A DNA stretch of 35,731 nucleotides from a virus (lineage: Duplodnaviria > Caudoviricetes). The notes under the pieces were generated by a model. The model was given only the letters and a program-made list of their open reading frames with translations, did not search any database and was not told the DNA's origin. How positions within the stretch are numbered: position 1 is the first letter of the stretch; every line of letters begins with the position of its first letter. Both the position numbers and the translations under genes were made by a program. Where the stretch lies: the IMG/VR virus record IMGVR_UViG_3300046779_000647, positions 1 through 35,731 of that record; one strand, 5' to 3'. Shown piece after piece: positions 6,655-15,234 of the stretch.

Positions 6655-8293
6655 CACCGGAGATATTAAAGTATGGAAAAATCCAAGTGGCCTAAACGAC
6701 TATCTAAGCAGGGCTACACGCCTGATAGCACACAATGGGATCGGATTCGACTTCTATCACCTGAACAGGTTATGGAATACGAAGATCGGGCTGAAGAAGA
6801 CATACGACACATTAGTAGCAAGCAGGCTATTAGAGCCAACGAAAGAGAGCGGGCACAGCTTGGAAAGCTACGGAAAGCAGCTAGGTATTCAGAAGATTGA
6901 TTATCCTGCTGTATGGTCTTGGTTGATGGGCAGACGTGAGGAATACCCTGGAGAATGTTATGACAAACCTGTTGAGAATCTATTGGAGAGTTACTGTATA
7001 CGTGACGTGGAGGTTCTTGAAAAGACTTACAAGTTTCTTACCAAAGAGCTGGAGGCTAAACAATTCTCAGAAGAATCGATAGAGCTTGAACACCAAGTAG
7101 CTGCAATTATTGCTCAACAAGAACGTAACGGATTCAAACTGGACACCATTCATGCTACCTGTTTACTTACTGACCTCAAAACAAAAATGGCAGGAATATA
7201 TGAAGAGATGCAAGAGAGGTGGCCTCCAGTCACCCTTGAGCGAGTCTCAGAAAAGACAGGAAAGCGACTCAAAGACGAAATCGTTACCTTCAATCCTGGA
7301 TCAAGAAAGCAGATCGGAGAAAAGCTCCAAGAGCTAGGATGGAAGCCTAAGAAGTTCACAGAGACTGGACAACCGATTGTTGATGAAGTTGTGCTCATGG
7401 ATGTGGATCTTCCCGAAGCTAAGACCATTGCTCAGTACTTGTTGCTCCAGAAGCGTATTGCTCAGGTAGAATCGTGGTTAGAAGCTATGGGTAGCGATGG
7501 AAGGGTGCATGGTAGGGTAATCACCAATGGTGCGGTAACTGGTCGTATGACACACTCTAAGCCTAATATGGCACAGATTCCTAATGCTGGGAGCTTGTAT
7601 GGTCCTGAGTGCAGACAATGTTGGACGGTAGAAAATGGTAATGTATTGGTTGGTTGTGATGCTAGCGGTCTTGAGTTACGTATGCTTGCTCATTACATGA
7701 AGGATGAAAACTATGTACGAACTGTCACTGAAGGATCATCTAAGGATGGAACTGATGTTCACACAGTTAACCAGCGAGCAGCGGGGCTTGCTACTAGAGA
7801 CAATGCAAAGACTTTTATCTATGCGTTCCTCTATGGCGCAGGAGATGCGAAGATTGGTTCTATCGTTGGAGGCAGTGCAAGAGATGGAGCAGTACTTAAA
7901 GACAAGTTCCTTAAGCAAACCCCAGCGCTTGCAAGGTTGCTATCAACTGTGTCCCGATACGCTGCTAAAGGATGGGTTCCTGGCTTAGATGGACGTAAGA
8001 TATGGGTACGATCTGAGCATGCAGCACTTAACAGTCTCTTGCAAGGTGCAGGTGCTATCGTGATGAAGAAGGCTCTGGTGCTTTTTAATGATAAAATCAA
8101 GGCTAACAAGTGGCCTGTGAAGATGGTAGCTAATGTCCACGATGAGTTTCAGTTTGAGGTTCCTGAGAAGCTAGCAGAAGTAACAGGACAGGCTGCAAAG
8201 CAGTCCATCGTTGAAGCTGGTGTCTTTTTTAAACTACGTTGTCCCTTAGATGGAGAATATAAATATGGTAGAAACTGGCGAGAAACTCACTGA
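6581..8293 (+). CDS. polA: family A DNA polymerase (T7 gp5-like) with 3'-5' exonuclease
   Basis: Exo I DIET, Exo II HNGIGFD, Exo III YCIRD; motif A DASGLELR, motif B RDNAKTFIYAFLYG, motif C VHDE. Confidence 0.97.
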   Translation: MRIALDIETNLAHDTIHLCVTKNLDTGDIKVWKNPSGLNDYLSRATRLIAHNGIGFDFYHLNRLWNTKIGLKKTYDTLVASRLLEPTKESGHSLESYGKQLGIQKIDYPAVWSWLMGRREEYPGECYDKPVENLLESYCIRDVEVLEKTYKFLTKELEAKQFSEESIELEHQVAAIIAQQERNGFKLDTIHATCLLTDLKTKMAGIYEEMQERWPPVTLERVSEKTGKRLKDEIVTFNPGSRKQIGEKLQELGWKPKKFTETGQPIVDEVVLMDVDLPEAKTIAQYLLLQKRIAQVESWLEAMGSDGRVHGRVITNGAVTGRMTHSKPNMAQIPNAGSLYGPECRQCWTVENGNVLVGCDASGLELRMLAHYMKDENYVRTVTEGSSKDGTDVHTVNQRAAGLATRDNAKTFIYAFLYGAGDAKIGSIVGGSARDGAVLKDKFLKQTPALARLLSTVSRYAAKGWVPGLDGRKIWVRSEHAALNSLLQGAGAIVMKKALVLFNDKIKANKWPVKMVANVHDEFQFEVPEKLAEVTGQAAKQSIVEAGVFFKLRCPLDGEYKYGRNWRETH

Positions 8294-8465
8294 GGGAGAC
8301 TTTGATGCTAGAATCGTGATTGATGTCACTGGTGACTCTTTCATGGTAAAGCACACAAGTAACCTTGAGCTAGATCAGATTTATCTAATCTTTGTAGCTG
8401 CGGTAGAATACATGGATGCTTTGGCAGACAGCTTAGACGCTGAACCACCAAAGTTCCTTAACTAG
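8265..8465 (+). CDS. hypothetical acidic protein
   Basis: GGAG before ATG 8265 (alternative start 8250). Confidence 0.6.
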   Translation: MVETGEKLTEGDFDARIVIDVTGDSFMVKHTSNLELDQIYLIFVAAVEYMDALADSLDAEPPKFLN

Positions 8466-8577
8466 TTATGAGGAAAGCGGATGCTGCGGGATCGCCTTAC
8501 AGAGAACCCAAGTGGTGCCCCAAAAGCTCTGACGCAGACGCAGCGAGTACTTTTAATGACAGCCTGGAAAGACAGGC
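8465..8577 (+). ncRNA. candidate structured RNA (loop-E motif element plus hairpin)
   Basis: Intergenic; G-GAA (8472-8475) opposite AGUA-C (8546-8550); nested stems; hairpin GCCTG-GAAAGA-CAGGC. Confidence 0.55.
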
Positions 8578-8607
8578 AACTTTATTAACTTTCAAAGGAA
8601 TTGAAAA

Positions 8608-9039
8608 ATGAGTGATCTGAAACCCGTTAAAATCTCTGGTGAGCTCTTCTGGAACAAGTGGATGAGCGAATTCAATAAAGCTTTTAACTCCGACAATGAC
8701 CGCTATGAGTGCACAATCTGCAACATCTCTGACGAAGACGTAGCCAAGCTCACAAGCCTTGGTATTCGTGTTAAGTTCAAAGAGTCGCAGGGTAACTTCA
8801 TTGTTGTCAAGAGCAAGTTTATCTTCAAGCCTATCGATCCTGAGGGTAAGACTGTAGCTGTTGATATCCTGGGTAATGGCTCCAAGTGTGAGGCTCTTGT
8901 AAGTGCATACAAGCACAAGATGAGTGCCAAGTATGGTAACGCTCCTAGCATTGTTGGTAACTCAGAGAAGACCTTTCTGACTGTTACCGAGGTACGCACC
9001 TACGTGCCGGACGCTAAAGAAGATGACGACCTCATCTGA
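8608..9039 (+). CDS. ssb: single-stranded DNA-binding protein (T7 gp2.5-like)
   Basis: Lies between polymerase and exonuclease; beta-rich pattern; acidic C-terminus EDDDLI; AAGGA RBS. Confidence 0.75.
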   Translation: MSDLKPVKISGELFWNKWMSEFNKAFNSDNDRYECTICNISDEDVAKLTSLGIRVKFKESQGNFIVVKSKFIFKPIDPEGKTVAVDILGNGSKCEALVSAYKHKMSAKYGNAPSIVGNSEKTFLTVTEVRTYVPDAKEDDDLI

Positions 9040-9814
9040 GCTTCCCAAAGTAGCTCTCATTGACGCAGACGTTATCGTTTACAGGGTAGCGTTTGCGTCA
9101 GAAGAGGAAACAGAGGAGATCTGTTTTGCAAGAGCTAAAGAACTCATCTTTGAAATAGTTTATACGGAACTAAACTGCGATGACTATAAAGCCTATATCA
9201 CCGGCAAAGGGAATTTTCGGGAACTGGTGGCGACAACAGCACCCTACAAAGGGAACCGAAAAGACTTCCAACGACCAAAGCACTACCATGCCCTCAGAGA
9301 GTACCTCAAGCGACTCGGAGCAGAACTCGTTGAAGGACAAGAAGCCGATGACGCCATCGCCATCCAAGCGCAAGAAGGGAACTACTGGATAGTTTCTATC
9401 GACAAGGATTTCGATCAAGTCCCTGGCTGGCACTATAACTTTGTGAAGAAAGAGAAGTATTACATCACTGAAGAAGAAGGAATGCATAACTTCTACATGC
9501 AGATTCTTACAGGTGATCGTACTGACAACATTATCGGAATCAAAGGTATTGGACCAGTGAAGGCTGAGAAGATCCTGAAAGACTGTACAACTGAAAGGGA
9601 ATACTATGATGCTTGTGTTAAAGCGTATGATGGTGATATTGCAAGAGTTACCGAAAACGGGGTACTACTGTGGTTAAGACGATACCCAAACCAACTGTGG
9701 CAGCCTCCTTTACCCTTGCAGGATTCAACTGGTCCGTTAGGTTCATTGAGGGACTTTCAGAGTACGGAATCTGTGACCCCACCAACCAAGAGATCAAACT
9801 CCGAGCAGGAATGA
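9023..9814 (+). CDS. 5'-3' exonuclease (T7 gp6-like)
   Basis: LIDAD, YKGNR, EADD, SIDKD, GDRTDNIIGIKGIGPVKA (H3TH), WLRR. Confidence 0.93.
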   Translation: MTTSSELPKVALIDADVIVYRVAFASEEETEEICFARAKELIFEIVYTELNCDDYKAYITGKGNFRELVATTAPYKGNRKDFQRPKHYHALREYLKRLGAELVEGQEADDAIAIQAQEGNYWIVSIDKDFDQVPGWHYNFVKKEKYYITEEEGMHNFYMQILTGDRTDNIIGIKGIGPVKAEKILKDCTTEREYYDACVKAYDGDIARVTENGVLLWLRRYPNQLWQPPLPLQDSTGPLGSLRDFQSTESVTPPTKRSNSEQE

Positions 9815-9954
9815 ACGAGCAAATGACTCATCAAACCTTCTACCATGAGTTGGTACACGCCATTATGTTCACAATGGGTAAGACCAACCACGATGAAGAG
9901 TTTACTGATGTTTTTGGATCGTTGCTGCACCAATTTGAGAGGACTAAGAATTGA
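9670..9954 (+). CDS. small HExxH metallopeptidase-like protein
   Basis: TFYHELVHAI...HDEE; start uncertain (GTG 9670 or 9697). Confidence 0.7.
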   Translation: MVKTIPKPTVAASFTLAGFNWSVRFIEGLSEYGICDPTNQEIKLRAGMNEQMTHQTFYHELVHAIMFTMGKTNHDEEFTDVFGSLLHQFERTKN

Positions 9955-10307
9955 AAACAAGTAGCGCAAAGGCAAAGGGACGTAACCTCCAGAAATGGGC
10001 TGCTGCAAGGCTCCTAGAGCATGCACCAGAGCTTGAAGGGGATGATGTCAAGTCTACGTCCATGGGAGCCTCTGGAGAGGATGTAATGCTCTCTCCTGCT
10101 GCTCGTAGGATCTATCCTTGGCAAATTGAGTGCAAGAGCTACGCTCGTATCGCTGTTTATGACTTCTACAATCAGGCTTGCTCACACGGTACGCATGAGC
10201 CTGTTGTCTTCATCAAACAGAACCAGTGTAAGCCTCTTGTGATTGTGGATGCTGATTACTTTGTAAGGAACTTCAGGAATGGAATTCAGACTAATCAAGG
10301 AAAATGA
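9951..10307 (+). CDS. PD-(D/E)xK endonuclease, Holliday-junction resolvase-like
   Basis: SAKAKGR...GEDV...IECK; GAGGA RBS; TTG start. Confidence 0.8.
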   Translation: MKTSSAKAKGRNLQKWAAARLLEHAPELEGDDVKSTSMGASGEDVMLSPAARRIYPWQIECKSYARIAVYDFYNQACSHGTHEPVVFIKQNQCKPLVIVDADYFVRNFRNGIQTNQGK

Positions 10308-10515
10308 GGATGGTTCAGCAGACTATACTATGATGCTCTCTACACAAGAGCAACAAGATATTATCCGCAGTGTGATTTTAAGAGCTTTATTTGAAGCAGC
10401 AAAGGATGGAACTAAATATGACCCAAGTAAGCTTGATCTGGATGACTCCTCAAGCGGAGGAGAAGATAGCGTACATGGCTCGGGTGAGCAACCCAGCGAA
10501 TCAGGATCAACCTGA
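10279..10515 (+). CDS. hypothetical protein (ENEDGSA type)
   Basis: AGGA RBS; 3' end overlaps thyX. Confidence 0.6.
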   Translation: MEFRLIKENEDGSADYTMMLSTQEQQDIIRSVILRALFEAAKDGTKYDPSKLDLDDSSSGGEDSVHGSGEQPSESGST

Positions 10516-11050
10516 GACTGCTCAGAGGCTCTTAAAGTACCTGATTAAGAACAAGCATTGGAGTCCATTTGAGATGGTCAATGTCTGTATGGAGATTGAA
10601 ACCACCAGGGACATTGCTCGTCAGATTCTGAGACACCGTAGCTTTAGCTTCCAGGAGTTTAGTCAACGATACGCAGAAGCCTCAGGTTTTGTTTACTCTG
10701 AAGCCCGAACACAGGACACACAGAATAGACAAAACAGCTTTGAGACTGATGATCGTCACCTAGCCTACTGGTGGGAAGGTGCTCAGCGTAGGGTCTTATA
10801 CGATGCTGAGTTTATGTACAAGTCTGCGTTAGAGAAGGGAATCGCTAAAGAGGTTGCTCGTAAGCTACTCCCTGAAGGTTTAACCATCTCAAAGATGTAC
10901 ATGAATGGTACTCTTCGTAGTTGGTTACACTATATCGAGATTCGTTGCGATAAAGCCACACAGAAGGAACATCGTGAGGTAGCAGAACAATGTAGAGATA
11001 TAATCTTCAAACTGTTTCCCAGCATTAAAGAAGTCTTGAATGAGAGTTAA
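10418..11050 (+). CDS. thyX: flavin-dependent thymidylate synthase
   Basis: HWSPFE, RHRSFSFQEFSQRY (RHRx7SxR), AKEVARKLLP, TQKEHR. Confidence 0.96.
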   Translation: MTQVSLIWMTPQAEEKIAYMARVSNPANQDQPETAQRLLKYLIKNKHWSPFEMVNVCMEIETTRDIARQILRHRSFSFQEFSQRYAEASGFVYSEARTQDTQNRQNSFETDDRHLAYWWEGAQRRVLYDAEFMYKSALEKGIAKEVARKLLPEGLTISKMYMNGTLRSWLHYIEIRCDKATQKEHREVAEQCRDIIFKLFPSIKEVLNES

Positions 11051-11225
11051 CTTTATTAAAACAGACGATAATATCTACGTTGAGGTAGGTGCTCAAGTCA
11101 TCGCTGAGTTACGTAAGCGGTTTGACGGTAAGCGATACTTCAGGTGCGTTGTTATCTATCCTCTGTCAGCGGAGCAGTTATCAGTTATAACTAAATACAT
11201 GGAGGAACTCAATGGAGCTTTATGA
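11040..11225 (+). CDS. hypothetical protein
   Basis: Overlaps both neighbours. Confidence 0.55.
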   Translation: MRVNFIKTDDNIYVEVGAQVIAELRKRFDGKRYFRCVVIYPLSAEQLSVITKYMEELNGAL

Positions 11226-11592
11226 GTATTTTCATAACCTAAAGAAGGAAACTAAGATGAACAAAGATACCAAAGTACATTTCTGCATCACTGAGGACAA
11301 CAGTGATCTTCAAGACTTTCCTGATACGCATTTTGAGATGACTAACTCCTATGCTGGCCCTCAGTGGATTGAAATCGTGGAAGACGTACTGAAGATTCTT
11401 GAAGCAGCCTATGGTTATCCTATCCGTGAGAAGGTCTACTATGCTGTTGCTAATCCAATCTTTGACCATAACATCTCCCCTGCTCCTGGTCGTGAATTGA
11501 ATGCTCGTGTATTGATGGACTGCATCTATGAGCATGAAGAACTCAATAATCATGGAGAACATACGCCTTATGCGGATACTTCTAATTCCTGA
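11212..11592 (+). CDS. hypothetical acidic protein
   Basis: GGAGG RBS; 126 aa. Confidence 0.65.
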   Translation: MELYEYFHNLKKETKMNKDTKVHFCITEDNSDLQDFPDTHFEMTNSYAGPQWIEIVEDVLKILEAAYGYPIREKVYYAVANPIFDHNISPAPGRELNARVLMDCIYEHEELNNHGEHTPYADTSNS

Positions 11593-12352
11593 TTGTCAAG
11601 TGAAAGAGGGTGTTCCTCTGGAGCACCTCTCTTGGGCAGGACAAGCCATCGTAGACTATCGACCTGACGTAGTGGTGAACATAGGGGACTTTGCTGATAT
11701 GCCAAGCCTCTCTAGCCACGATGTGAAGGGTTCCAAGTACTTCGAGGGCTTGCGGTATAAAACAGACATAACCACCGCAAAAGATGCGATGAAAATGCTG
11801 CTTAAACCCCTTAAGGATCTTCAGGCTAAACAGAAGAAGAACAAGGAAAAGGTTTATAAGCCTCGTCTGGTTCTCACCTTAGGGAACCATGAGAACCGTA
11901 TTGACCGAGCTGTAAACAACAATCCTACCCTTGAAGGTTTGATTTCAACAAAGGACTTATGCTATGAAGCAGACTGGGAAGTACACGATTTCCTTCATCC
12001 TGTTTTCATCAACGGCGTTGGTTTCAACCACTATTGGCCTGTTGGTGCTATGGGACGCCCTGCTAGTTCTCCTAGCGCTATTATCAGCAAGCTGCATATG
12101 TCTTGTGTTGCGGGGCATCAGCAAGGCAAGCAAGTCGCCTATGGTAAAAGAGCTGACGGAAAACCTATTACAGCTATCGTCGTGGGCAGTTATTATCTAC
12201 ATGATGAGTCTTATATGGATCAGCTTTCTAACCGTCATTGGCGTGGTCTTCTTGTCATGAATGAGGTACAAGATGGTCACTTTGATGAAATGTTCCTGAG
12301 CATTGAATACTTGGAGAAGAAATATGGACACCTGGACACCCTTAACAACTGA
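11570..12352 (+). CDS. calcineurin-like metallophosphoesterase
   Basis: PDCQ, GDFAD, GNHE, GHQ motifs; ATG 11570 after GGAG. Confidence 0.88.
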   Translation: MRILLIPDCQVKEGVPLEHLSWAGQAIVDYRPDVVVNIGDFADMPSLSSHDVKGSKYFEGLRYKTDITTAKDAMKMLLKPLKDLQAKQKKNKEKVYKPRLVLTLGNHENRIDRAVNNNPTLEGLISTKDLCYEADWEVHDFLHPVFINGVGFNHYWPVGAMGRPASSPSAIISKLHMSCVAGHQQGKQVAYGKRADGKPITAIVVGSYYLHDESYMDQLSNRHWRGLLVMNEVQDGHFDEMFLSIEYLEKKYGHLDTLNN

Positions 12353-12602
12353 GGAATATATTAAGAAGGTTATGGAGCAAGAAAAGCCCAAAAAAGGTGC
12401 AAATACCAAGCAAGTAGCTGGGAGTCACTATAGTGACAAAGAAATACAGCCTTGGGACTATATTCATGCAAATAACCTTTGCTATTTTACTGGAAACTGC
12501 GTAAAATACGTGTCCCGCTGGAGAGACAAGGGCGGTATAAATGACCTCAAGAAAGCCATCCACTATCTTGAAAAGCTGATTGAACTAGAAGAAGGAAAAT
12601 AA
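12324..12602 (+). CDS. DUF3310 / T7 gp1.7-like putative nucleotide kinase
   Basis: QVAGSHY...GNCVKYVSRW..KGG..DLKKA.HYL. Confidence 0.85.
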   Translation: MDTWTPLTTEEYIKKVMEQEKPKKGANTKQVAGSHYSDKEIQPWDYIHANNLCYFTGNCVKYVSRWRDKGGINDLKKAIHYLEKLIELEEGK

Positions 12603-12604
12603 CC

Positions 12605-13057
12605 ATGGAAGACAGGTCTTTTTATGTTTATACACACCATGATTTCAACACTGAGGAAATTGTATACATTGGTAAAGGTAAGCATGGACGGGCCTGGGAT
12701 GTAACACGTTCTCGGAATGCAAATAAAGAACATCAAGACTGGATGATCGACCTATGTAAAGAAGGGCTTGTTCCTAGTGATTGGGTTAAAATTGTTTGCA
12801 CAGGTCTTACAGAAAAAGAAGCTTTCGAGATCGAAACAAACATGTTACATAAACACGGTGTTACTAGGTTTAATAAACAAGGTGGTGAAAAGAACCATAA
12901 GGCTAAACTAACAAATGAACAAGCTAAGGAGATATTTTTAAGATGTAAAGATGGAGAAAATCACACAAAACTTTCAGTTGAATTTGGAGTTTGTCGAGCT
13001 GCGATTACAATGATTGCAACTCGCAGACAGTGGAAAACAGTAACAGCAGGACTATAA
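12605..13057 (+). CDS. GIY-YIG-like homing endonuclease with C-terminal HTH
   Basis: FYVY...VYIGKG...R; EAFEIE; KLTNEQAKEI...FGV...I..I...W. Confidence 0.72.
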   Translation: MEDRSFYVYTHHDFNTEEIVYIGKGKHGRAWDVTRSRNANKEHQDWMIDLCKEGLVPSDWVKIVCTGLTEKEAFEIETNMLHKHGVTRFNKQGGEKNHKAKLTNEQAKEIFLRCKDGENHTKLSVEFGVCRAAITMIATRRQWKTVTAGL

Positions 13058-13059
13058 TA

Positions 13060-14967
13060 ATGAAACAGATGACTAGCTACCAAGAATATATCTCGAAGAG
13101 CCGTTATTCACGGTTTTTGGACGATAAAGGCCGTAGGGAGCATTGGCCTGAGACAGTTGAACGTTATTTCAACTTTATGGAAAAACATTTGAAAGATAAG
13201 CAAAACTATACGCTGAATCCTGCTCTGCGTCATGAATTGCAACAAGCCGTTGAGAACCTTGAAGTCCTCCCATCAATGCGCTCAATTATGACCGCAGGAG
13301 AGGCTCTGGAGCGTCAGAACATTGCTGGTTATAACTGCTCCTACCTACCCATTGATGACGTTAAGGCCTTTGACGAGGCTATGTACATCCTCTTGTGTGG
13401 CACTGGTGTGGGCTTTAGCGTGGAGCAGAAATATGTCAATAAACTACCGGACATTCCTGAGAAACTGTATGATAGCAACACTGTGGTTGTTGTTAAAGAC
13501 TCCAAGGAAGGATGGGCGAAAGCGTTGCGTCAAGTTATCGCCTTGCTATACGCTGGCGAGATCCCGAAGTGGGATGTATCCGCAGTTCGTCCTGCCGGAA
13601 CACGCCTTAAGACTTTTGGAGGACGCGCCTCTGGACCCGAACCCTTGGTGGACTTGTTCAAGTATGTCGTTAATAAGTTCAAAGGAGCTGTTGGGCGTAA
13701 GTTGCACACAATCGAGTGCCACGATATTCTCTGTAAAATCGGGGAAGTTGTTGTCGTTGGTGGAGTGCGCCGTAGTGCCATGATCTCCCTGTCTGACTTG
13801 GGTGATGATCGTATGGCTCACGCTAAGGCAGGTAACTGGTGGGACGGTAATGGTCAACGAGCCCTGGCTAACAACAGTGCCGTGTACGAGGTAAAACCTG
13901 ACGTTGGTCAGTTCATGCGTGAATGGTCCAACATTTATGAATCACACTCTGGTGAACGAGGAATCTTTAACCGTTATGCTTCAGAACTTCAAGCAGAAAA
14001 GAATGGTCGCCGTAACTTGGGTAAAGAGTGGGGCACTAATCCTTGCTCAGAAATTATCCTTCGTCCTTATCAATTCTGTAACCTATCCTCTGTTATTGTG
14101 CGTAATAGCGATACTATGGATACACTTCGGAATAAGGTGCGTTTGGCAACTATTCTGGGAACTTTTCAATCGACCATGACCAGCTTCCCGTACCTGCGCA
14201 AGATCTGGCAGACCAACACCGAGGAAGAGCGTTTGCTGGGTGTGTCTATGACCGGTATCTTGGACAATCCGTTGCTTAACAGCGCCTATGATCTTGATCT
14301 ACCTAAACGCCTTGAGGAGCTGAAGAATGTCGCTATTAACACTAATGCAACTCTGGCTGATGATCTTGGTATTCCTGTGTCTGCTGCTATTACTTGTGTT
14401 AAACCGGAAGGAACTGTGTCTCAGCTTACCGGAACTGCTAGTGGTATCCATCCTCAGCATAGTCAGTATTACATTCGCCGTGTTAGAAGCGACAATAAAG
14501 ATCCCCTGACGGACTTCCTGAAAGCTCAGGGATTCCCTTCTGAGCCTTGCGTTATGAAGCCAGACTCTACCACTGTGTTTAGCTTTCCTCAAAAGGTGGG
14601 CGAAGGTGCGGTTCTACGAGAGGATTTGAGCGCTATTGAGCACCTGGATCTGTGGCTGGTATTCCAGCGTCACTGGTGTGAGCATAAACCTTCTGTGACC
14701 ATCTCTGTGAACGAGGATGAGTGGCCTAAGGTTGGAGCATGGACTTGGGATCACTTCGATGAGGTGACTGGTGTTTCTTACCTGCCATACGATGGCGGTA
14801 CGTATCGTCAGGCTCCTTATGAGGAGATCACCGCTGGTGAGTATCTGGAAGCTATGATGAAGATGCCTGAAGGTATTGACTGGGATCAGTTCATTGAGCG
14901 TACAGACAATGTGGAAGGTGCTCAAATGCTTTCCTGCACTGCTGGAGCCTGTGAAATTGCCTTCTAA
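13060..14967 (+). CDS. nrdJ: class II (adenosylcobalamin-dependent) ribonucleotide reductase
   Basis: YNC, GGVRRSA, TNPCSEI, TCVKPEGTVSQL, C-terminal CTAGAC; no beta-subunit gene in window. Confidence 0.9.
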   Translation: MKQMTSYQEYISKSRYSRFLDDKGRREHWPETVERYFNFMEKHLKDKQNYTLNPALRHELQQAVENLEVLPSMRSIMTAGEALERQNIAGYNCSYLPIDDVKAFDEAMYILLCGTGVGFSVEQKYVNKLPDIPEKLYDSNTVVVVKDSKEGWAKALRQVIALLYAGEIPKWDVSAVRPAGTRLKTFGGRASGPEPLVDLFKYVVNKFKGAVGRKLHTIECHDILCKIGEVVVVGGVRRSAMISLSDLGDDRMAHAKAGNWWDGNGQRALANNSAVYEVKPDVGQFMREWSNIYESHSGERGIFNRYASELQAEKNGRRNLGKEWGTNPCSEIILRPYQFCNLSSVIVRNSDTMDTLRNKVRLATILGTFQSTMTSFPYLRKIWQTNTEEERLLGVSMTGILDNPLLNSAYDLDLPKRLEELKNVAINTNATLADDLGIPVSAAITCVKPEGTVSQLTGTASGIHPQHSQYYIRRVRSDNKDPLTDFLKAQGFPSEPCVMKPDSTTVFSFPQKVGEGAVLREDLSAIEHLDLWLVFQRHWCEHKPSVTISVNEDEWPKVGAWTWDHFDEVTGVSYLPYDGGTYRQAPYEEITAGEYLEAMMKMPEGIDWDQFIERTDNVEGAQMLSCTAGACEIAF

Positions 14968-15043
14968 GGCTGTTGTACTTATGAGGATCGTGGAGATGAT
15001 AACTTGTCTCCACATCATCGCTAACACTTGGAGGCACTGGTAA
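14951..15043 (+). CDS. micro-protein (30 aa, ...VEMITCLHIIANTWRHW)
   Basis: GTG after GGAG; TAATG coupling to next ORF. Confidence 0.45.
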   Translation: MKLPSKAVVLMRIVEMITCLHIIANTWRHW

Positions 15044-15204
15044 TGTTAGTAGACTTTGAATTTAAGGCTGGTCTAGTGTTTGGTATTGAAGCGGATAGCA
15101 TCTACGTGACTCCTCACGAAGAAGAACTACCTGACTTTAATACTGAGCCTAACCAAGTTATTTACCTACACCTAGGTATATTAACAATCTGTTTTATCTG
15201 GTAA
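15043..15204 (+). CDS. small hypothetical protein (53 aa)
   Basis: GGAGG RBS; ends just before the terminator. Confidence 0.6.
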   Translation: MLVDFEFKAGLVFGIEADSIYVTPHEEELPDFNTEPNQVIYLHLGILTICFIW

Positions 15205-15206
15205 CT

Positions 15207-15234
15207 AAAAAGCCCTCTTTCGAGGGCTTCTTTT
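15207..15234. terminator. bidirectional Rho-independent terminator
   Basis: AAAAAGCCCTC-TTTC-GAGGGCTTCTTTT between the convergent gene arms. Confidence 0.9.

Noticed and set aside
8465-8577. Hammerhead ribozyme or tRNA
   Set aside because: ATGAG-GAAA is present but CTGATGA and the required stem arrangement are not; no cloverleaf or T-loop
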